Assembly: GCA_025359685.1 (NCBI GenBank) | Contig: JANYEY010000092.1 | Location: forward strand, 99-64,098 | Origin: Sphingomonadaceae bacterium | GTDB lineage: Bacteria; Pseudomonadota; Alphaproteobacteria; Sphingomonadales; Sphingomonadaceae | DNA length: 64,000 nucleotides | Direction: 5' to 3' | The notes under the pieces: generated by a model | Seen by the model: the letters and a program-made list of their open reading frames with translations, nothing else | Told to the model about the DNA's origin: nothing | Databases searched by the model: none | Made by a program: the position numbers and the translations under genes | In this document: positions 58,307-64,000 of the stretch, one piece after another | How the letters are laid out: each line of letters starts with the position of its first letter | Numbering within the stretch: position 1 is the first letter of the stretch

Positions 58307-58783
58307 TCAGGATCGCGCAGGCTTAGCTGGGGGCAGCGGGCGAAACGTTATCAAACAATAGTTGGCTTTGGAGCGCAACGGGAGAGCGACTGCCATAACC
58401 CGGGTTGACCCGCCGATATCCTGCCATCTGTCCATATCTCCGGCCATGCCCTGAGCGCTGGTGGTAGGCGCGCCATAGCTCGACTTGAGCATTTTGAACG
58501 CATTTTCGCAGTCGCTGTTTTCTGCCTCCAGTTTGACCCCGGTCAGCAGCTTGGTATCTTCGTCGAACTCAAAATATGCGGTGAAATGCAAGCCCGCCTG
58601 GGTGTAAGGCATCGTCAAGAGTTCATCGCTTTCCGCATCGCTGTCAGTATTCGGTTTGGCCCGGTTCCCGGTCGCCTTGATAACCTCAGCGGTCGTCATG
58701 CCCCATTTGGTCGGCTGCCAGTCGGCGAGTGCAGGCGCCGAGATCGCGAGCGAAGCCAGAGCGATCAATTTAATATATTTCAT
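58307..58783 (-). CDS. Exported hypothetical protein
   Basis: GAGGGG RBS; signal peptide ending PALA; WQPTKWGMT; two Cys. Confidence 0.75.
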   Translation of the reverse strand: MKYIKLIALASLAISAPALADWQPTKWGMTTAEVIKATGNRAKPNTDSDAESDELLTMPYTQAGLHFTAYFEFDEDTKLLTGVKLEAENSDCENAFKMLKSSYGAPTTSAQGMAGDMDRWQDIGGSTRVMAVALPLRSKANYCLITFRPLPPAKPARS

Positions 58784-58860
58784 TTTACCCCCTCAACGCG
58801 CGCCGCAATACTTGATGGCGGGATTATTTGGCCGATGCAACTTGAAGATGCCAAAGGAAC

Positions 58861-58897
58861 AAAAAGCCCGGCGCACTATTAAGTGGCCGGGCTGTTT
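58861..58897 (-). terminator. Terminator after the DUF3597 gene
   Basis: AGCCCGGC...GCCGGGCT with a T run on the minus strand. Confidence 0.75.
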
Positions 58898-58918
58898 GAT
58901 CTTGTTATCGTAAAATGC

Positions 58919-59290
58919 TCAGTCGAGCAGTGACGCAGGCACCATCCCACCGTTGTCGGCGAGCGCCTTCATCACCTGCTTCTGCAGAGCGATGTTGTCT
59001 TCGGCCGAACCCGCATAGTCAGCATTGCCGAGTTCGTGCGCAAGCGACTTGCGGTTTTCGTACGACGCGTCGATCCCGACCAGCTTCATCAGGTCGACCA
59101 CCGAAGTGCGCCAGTTGAGGCTGTCAGCGCCTTGCATCGCGCCGAGCGAGGCTGCGACATCGATCGGGGCAGCAGCGACCGGGGCAGGCGCGGCTTCGGC
59201 CATCGGGATTGCCGGGGCGTCGGCGGGCGGAGTTGCGGCCGCGGCTTTGTGGCCGAAGATGGCATCCTTGATCGAGCTGAAAATCGACAT
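58919..59290 (-). CDS. DUF3597 family protein
   Basis: MSIFSSIKDAIFG, LNWRTSVVDLMKL, RKSLAHELG, NGGMVP; GGAGG RBS. Confidence 0.9.
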   Translation of the reverse strand: MSIFSSIKDAIFGHKAAAATPPADAPAIPMAEAAPAPVAAAPIDVAASLGAMQGADSLNWRTSVVDLMKLVGIDASYENRKSLAHELGNADYAGSAEDNIALQKQVMKALADNGGMVPASLLD

Positions 59291-59394
59291 GAAATTATTC
59301 CTCCAATTGGCGCGACTCGAAGATCTCGGGCCGCGTTTCCTGTTGGGCACTGGCCTAGCACTTCTGAACGGTAGTTGAAGGGGTTATTGCGCGG

Positions 59395-61242
59395 CTAGCT
59401 TCCCGATTTTAGAGCAATATAGCGCGTAATATTGTCACCCAGCACATCGAGCGGAACATTGCCGCCTTCGACCACCGCCTGATCGAAATCGCGCAGGTCA
59501 TACGCCGCGCCGAGCGCCGCCTTGGCCCGTTCGCGCTGGGCGAGGATTTCGCTGTGGCCCATCTTGTAACCGCAGGCCTGTCCCGGCCATGAGCAATAGC
59601 GGTCCACCTCGGGAGTGACTTCGGCAAGGCCCGAGCCGTTGGTCTCCGAGAACCACGTGATCGCCTTGTCGCGGCTCCAGCGTTTGGCGTGCAGCCCGGT
59701 ATCGACCACCATCCGGCACGCCCGGAAGGCGATCGACTGGAGGTAGCCAAGCTGCCCGACCGGGTCGCCATCGTAAGCGCCCAGTTCATCGCCGAGCGTT
59801 TCGGCATAGAGCGCCCAGCCTTCGGAATAGGCGTTGAAGGCCAGGATCGAGCGGATCAGCGGCAGCTGGTTGGCATATTCACCCTGCCAGACATGACCCG
59901 GAATGCCCTCGTGGAACGCCAGTGTTGCCAGCGAATAACGGCTGTGCCGGTCAGTATCGCCAAGGTTAAGCCAGATCTTGCCGGGGATGCTGCCGTCCTT
60001 CGATCCCGCACCGCCATAGGCCCCCGGTGCGCCAGCTTCTTCGGCAGGCGGCAGACGGCGGATTTCGAGGTTGCCCTTGACCAGCGTGCGGAAAGCGAGT
60101 GGCAATTTGGTGCGGATGAAGGCGATCTTGTCCTGCATCAGTGCGATGATTTCGGCGCGGCCCTTGTCGTCATTGCTGAACTTGAAGCGCGGGTCCTTGC
60201 CCAGCGCAGTCATGCGCTCGCCCACGGTGCCGCTGGTGAAGCCCAGCTTGCGCAGGATCGGGTCCATCCGGCCGTGCAGCTCCTGCAGCGCGGCCATACC
60301 GAGCGCATGGACTTCATCGGGTGTGCGGCGGGTGGTGATGCTGGCGCGCAGGGCCCAGGCGTACCATTCGTCGCCAAGTGGACGCGCCCACAGGCCCGGG
60401 GTCGAGCCATCGGCATCCTTGGCCAGAGCGCGCTGCGCGGTGATCTCGGCGAGTTGGCGTTCGAGCGCCCCGGTCACCGGGCCAGTTGCGATTGCCCGCG
60501 CACGCCGGTCCCAATCACCGGGGATCGCCGGAGTGCGCTTAACCAGCGATCCGACCAGATCACCGCCGCCGCGCGCGTCGGCCAGCGCGATGCCGAGCTG
60601 GCGGATCGTCTTGTCCAGCAGGATCGCGGGCGGGATCATCCCCATCCGCCGCGCTGACGCAATCCGCGCGGTCTCGCCATCAAGTTGCGCGGAGTACTGG
60701 GCGAGGCGGCTGAGGTATGCCTCGGCATCGGCGGCATCGCGGACCGGATGATCGCTGTCGAGGAAGCGGGGCGTATCGAGATAGGCGCCGACGTTCTGGA
60801 TCACCGTGTAAGGCGTATTGCGCCAGCCGCCGACTGCGACATCGCCGTAAGGCAGGGCGAACCCATCGAGCGCGACGGAGAAAGCGCTCTTGACCACCGC
60901 CAAGCTGGTCCGTGTTGCCGGTTCGAGCGCGTCGGGCGCAAAACCGTTGGCCCCGCGCAGCGCGGCCTTGAGCGCTGCGGCCAATCTGGCCTGTCCGGCA
61001 GCGGAGCGGTCACCCAGCTCGCGGCGCAGGCCAGCGTGCACGTCGGAATCCACGCCCAGCGACGTCGCGCCTTCCGGTTGCAGCGCCAGCAATTGCCAGG
61101 CCACGCCTTCAAGATATGCGTCCGCACTGCCGGCCGGAATGGCAGCAAGCCGCGGTTGGCACGCATTGAGCGCCAGCGCAGCGCCGCCGGCGCCGAGCAT
61201 GGACAAGGTCTGGCGGCGAGTGGTGGTGATCTGGCTGTGCAT
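59395..61242 (-). CDS. DUF885 family exported protein (Tat-like lipoprotein signal, metallopeptidase-like)
   Basis: TRRQTL...LNAC; HEGIPGH, EGWALYAE, RMVVDTGLH, PGQACGY. Confidence 0.9.
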   Translation of the reverse strand: MHSQITTTRRQTLSMLGAGGAALALNACQPRLAAIPAGSADAYLEGVAWQLLALQPEGATSLGVDSDVHAGLRRELGDRSAAGQARLAAALKAALRGANGFAPDALEPATRTSLAVVKSAFSVALDGFALPYGDVAVGGWRNTPYTVIQNVGAYLDTPRFLDSDHPVRDAADAEAYLSRLAQYSAQLDGETARIASARRMGMIPPAILLDKTIRQLGIALADARGGGDLVGSLVKRTPAIPGDWDRRARAIATGPVTGALERQLAEITAQRALAKDADGSTPGLWARPLGDEWYAWALRASITTRRTPDEVHALGMAALQELHGRMDPILRKLGFTSGTVGERMTALGKDPRFKFSNDDKGRAEIIALMQDKIAFIRTKLPLAFRTLVKGNLEIRRLPPAEEAGAPGAYGGAGSKDGSIPGKIWLNLGDTDRHSRYSLATLAFHEGIPGHVWQGEYANQLPLIRSILAFNAYSEGWALYAETLGDELGAYDGDPVGQLGYLQSIAFRACRMVVDTGLHAKRWSRDKAITWFSETNGSGLAEVTPEVDRYCSWPGQACGYKMGHSEILAQRERAKAALGAAYDLRDFDQAVVEGGNVPLDVLGDNITRYIALKSGS

Positions 61243-61365
61243 CGCCGCAGACTGCTGGGCGGGCGGCGTGCTGTCAATCAGTAGGCCGACAAGCCACTGG
61301 TATAGCTCCGCAAGCGTCGTTAGTCTGGGTGAGGAACGGCCGTTTCGGCCGCGGGAGGGAAATTC

Positions 61366-62004
61366 ATGGGCGCTACAGATCTCATTTCGATGCTTCAGCA
61401 GAGCGGCGGCATTGCTGCCATTGCCAGCCAGCTCGGCGTCTCCCCCGAAGTGGCCGAGCAGGGCGCCGCAGCGCTGCTTCCCGCGGTGGTCGGCGGCTTC
61501 AGCAAGCATGCGGACAATGCTGGCGGCGGCGAAGGCGGGCTCGGCAGCCTGATCGGCATGCTCGGCGGGCTAGGCGGTGCATCGCTGGCCGGCAATGTGC
61601 TCGGGCCAGAGCCGACCGATGTCGACAAGGGCAACGACGTGCTGGGCCAGATTTTCGGGTCGAAAGACGTCAGCCGCACCGTGGCAACGCATGCTTCAAG
61701 CCAGACCGGGATCGATCCAGCGCTGCTCAAGAAGATGTTGCCAATCCTGGCGATGCTGGTGGCCGGCTATCTTTCGCACAGTGCGAATTCGCAGTCCGGC
61801 CAGGCGCAGGGCGGCGGGCTGGGCGGAATCCTTGGATCGGTGCTGGGTTCGGTGCTTGGCGGAGGGCAGTCGTCGCAGCCCAGCAGCGGCATGGGCGGGA
61901 TGCTCGGCGGCGTGCTGGGATCGTTGCTTGGTGCTGGTCAGACGAGCGGCGGCGGCAATGCGCTTGACGAAATCATCGGCATGGCGGGCAAGCTGGCCCA
62001 CTGA
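61366..62004 (+). CDS. DUF937 family Gly-rich protein
   Basis: GNDVLGQIFGSKDVSR, LKKMLPILA; Gly-rich tail. Confidence 0.88.
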   Translation: MGATDLISMLQQSGGIAAIASQLGVSPEVAEQGAAALLPAVVGGFSKHADNAGGGEGGLGSLIGMLGGLGGASLAGNVLGPEPTDVDKGNDVLGQIFGSKDVSRTVATHASSQTGIDPALLKKMLPILAMLVAGYLSHSANSQSGQAQGGGLGGILGSVLGSVLGGGQSSQPSSGMGGMLGGVLGSLLGAGQTSGGGNALDEIIGMAGKLAH

Positions 62005-62207
62005 TGGACAGCGGAACTGTCCTTTCGATCCTGATGCTGACCGCTATCGCGATGCTGCTTGGTGCGGTATACCTTTGGCGGCAGCGCGGGACCTCGAAGC
62101 AGGTCTGGCTGATGCTCGTGCTGGCGATCGTTCTATTGGCCAACGTGGCGATCTGGGTGGTGCCGTCGGGAAACGGCACCGCCCCAGCGCAGCAGGAATT
62201 GAAGTAG
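62004..62207 (+). CDS. Small two-TM hypothetical protein
   Basis: TGATG overlap with the DUF937 gene; two hydrophobic helices. Confidence 0.75.
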   Translation: MDSGTVLSILMLTAIAMLLGAVYLWRQRGTSKQVWLMLVLAIVLLANVAIWVVPSGNGTAPAQQELK

Positions 62208-62864
62208 TTACCTGATCGGGCAATCGGGCGAGAGCCGCATGTCGAGGTAATTGTCGACCGAGCCCATCAGGTCGCCCATCTCGTTTTCGAAGAAGTGGTT
62301 CGCGCGGGGGATTTCTTCGTGATGGATCGTGATGTGGCGCTGGGTGCGCAGCTTGTCGACCAGCTTCTGGACCGAATTGGGGGTCACCACCGTATCGGCC
62401 ACGCCCTGGATGATGATGCCCGATGCGGGGCAGGGGGCGAGGAAGCTGAAATCGTACATATTGGCCGGCGGGGCGATCGAGATGAAACCGCGGATTTCCG
62501 GGCGGCGCATTAGCAACTGCATCCCGATCAGCGCGCCAAAGCTCGCCCCCGCAACCCAGGTGGTCGACGCTTCTGGGTGGATCGACTGGACCCAATCGAG
62601 CGCGGCAGCGGCATCGGACAGCTCGCCAATCCCGTTGTCAAAGCTGCCCTGGCTGCGGCCCACGCCGCGGAAGTTGAAGCGTAGCGTGGCAAAGCCGCGC
62701 GCCTGAAAGGTCTTGTAGAGCGCCATGGTGATGCGCTCGTTCATCGTGCCGCCTGCCTGCGGGTGCGGATGCAGGATCATCGCAACGGGCGCGCGCGGGC
62801 GCGAAGCGGGCTGGAAACGGCCTTCGAGGCGACCTTCGGGACCGGGAAAGATAACTGATGGCAT
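62208..62864 (-). CDS. Conserved alpha/beta hydrolase adjacent to cysteine desulfurase
   Basis: HPHPQAGGTM, RFNFRGVG, GASFG, ANHFF. Confidence 0.92.
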   Translation of the reverse strand: MPSVIFPGPEGRLEGRFQPASRPRAPVAMILHPHPQAGGTMNERITMALYKTFQARGFATLRFNFRGVGRSQGSFDNGIGELSDAAAALDWVQSIHPEASTTWVAGASFGALIGMQLLMRRPEIRGFISIAPPANMYDFSFLAPCPASGIIIQGVADTVVTPNSVQKLVDKLRTQRHITIHHEEIPRANHFFENEMGDLMGSVDNYLDMRLSPDCPIR

Positions 62865-62997
62865 TGGCTCAAGGACCTGTTCTGGCTGGCCCGTGGCGCG
62901 GCTTGCCGAGAAATCTCGGATGCCGGACCGCTTTGGACTAGGATCGGGAAGCAGGCGCTATATAGAAACAAAGCCCCGAAAAGCAACGATTGCGAAC

Positions 62998-64000
62998 ATG
63001 GCCGCTCAATTCATCTATCTTGATCACCAGGCAACCACCCCGCTTGCGCCCGAGGCGCGCGCGGCGATGCTGCCGTGGTTGGGCGGGCCCGAGGGGATGG
63101 GCTTTGCCAACCCGCATTCGATGCACAAGGCCGGACGCGCGGCGGCGGCGGCGGTGGAGGTAGCGCGCGAACAGGTTGCGGGCCTGCTCCCCAAGGGCGG
63201 CCGGGTGGTGTTCACCAGCGGCGCGACCGAGGCGCTCAACCAGGCGATCCGCGCTGTCGATCGCGGGCCGATTGCCTATTCGGCGGTCGAGCATTCCGCA
63301 GTGGTCAATGCAGTGCTGGCGACCGGCGCGCCGACGCAGGAGCTGGCAGTCAGCGCCGCCGGTCTGGTCGATCCCGAAGTCGAGATCGCCGAGGGCACCG
63401 GCCTGGTCGCGGTGATGCAGGTCAACAATGAGATTGGTACGATCCAGCCGGTCGCTCGCTTGGCAGAGCGTGCGCACGAAATGGGCGCGCTGTTCCTGTG
63501 CGATGCAGTGCAAGGCGCAGGCAAGCTTGCTCCGCCCGAAGGTGCAGACCTGATCGCGATCACCGCGCACAAGCTCTACGGGCCCAAAGGGATCGGCGCG
63601 CTGTGGGTGCGGAGTGGGATCAAAATCGCGCCGTGGATCGAAGGCGGCGGGCAAGAAAGCGGTTTGCGCTCGGGCACGCTCAGCCCGTCGCTCTGCGCAG
63701 GCTTCGGCGCAGCGGCGGCTTTGGCGAAGGAGCGGATGGATGGCGATTTTCAGCATCTCTCCGGGCTCGCCGAACTGGCCCGCTCGATCCTGTCGCGCTG
63801 GACGGTCAACGGCAGCGAGGCCGCGCGCTGGCCGGGCAATCTCAACCTGCGGCTCGAAGGGCTCAACTTCCCGCGGCTGCTCAGCGATTGCCGCAATGTG
63901 GCGATTTCAGCGGGATCGGCTTGCGGCAGCGGCACCGGCGCGCCGAGCCGGGTGCTGAGCGCGATCGGGCTTGAACCGCACGAGGCGCGCAATTCGATCC
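62998..64000 (+). CDS. Cysteine desulfurase (IscS/NifS-like), truncated by the window edge
   Basis: Not in the ORF track because it has no stop; reads MAAQFIYLDHQATTP, ANPHS, FTSGATEA, AHKLYGPKG (PLP Lys), SAGSAC. Confidence 0.93.
   Translation, partial: MAAQFIYLDHQATTPLAPEARAAMLPWLGGPEGMGFANPHSMHKAGRAAAAAVEVAREQVAGLLPKGGRVVFTSGATEALNQAIRAVDRGPIAYSAVEHSAVVNAVLATGAPTQELAVSAAGLVDPEVEIAEGTGLVAVMQVNNEIGTIQPVARLAERAHEMGALFLCDAVQGAGKLAPPEGADLIAITAHKLYGPKGIGALWVRSGIKIAPWIEGGGQESGLRSGTLSPSLCAGFGAAAALAKERMDGDFQHLSGLAELARSILSRWTVNGSEAARWPGNLNLRLEGLNFPRLLSDCRNVAISAGSACGSGTGAPSRVLSAIGLEPHEARNSI

Noticed and set aside
62865-62997. No Rrf2/IscR gene before the cysteine desulfurase
   Set aside because: As I recall this is the usual sphingomonad layout, and the locus is cut by the window edge
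1-64000. Mobile elements, prophage, anti-phage defence genes, tRNA or rRNA
   Set aside because: No transposase, integrase, phage, defence or RNA gene signatures recognised by eye; tRNAscan, cmscan and DefenseFinder were not run

Overview
A high-GC alphaproteobacterial chromosomal window. Gene content and order point to Sphingomonadales (Novosphingobium/Erythrobacteraceae-like); this is an inference. It is mostly core genome: the end of the spc and alpha ribosomal clusters (rplR end, rpsE, rpmD, rplO, secY, adk, rpsM, rpsK, rpoA, rplQ), uvrC, tesB, hppA, hisG-hisD-nusB-thiL, a bolA-led operon, a J-domain gene and cobS, truA-fmt/recR-def-rmuC, the chvI-chvG-hprK-rapZ-EIIA-HPr cluster opposite pckA, and a cysteine desulfurase cut by the window edge. 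I saw no rRNA, tRNA, CRISPR array, prophage, integrase or transposase. The best candidate for an undescribed system is a 12-gene minus-strand cluster at 33.0-39.6 kb (NemR-like TetR, 3 GSTs, 3 VOC proteins, DoxX, DUF1428, a GFA-like Zn protein, SRPBCC, a membrane protein). It has a large operator palindrome at its head and an exact alphaproteobacterial LexA box inside it, suggesting dual electrophile and SOS control. Other regulatory signals read from the sequence: a LexA box at rmuC, two EcfG-type stress promoters, PhaR-type boxes upstream of a WS/DGAT operon and a DUF2332 gene, RpoH-type promoters at recR and def, and a probable CTG start for thiL. All family assignments come from motif recognition by eye, not database searches.
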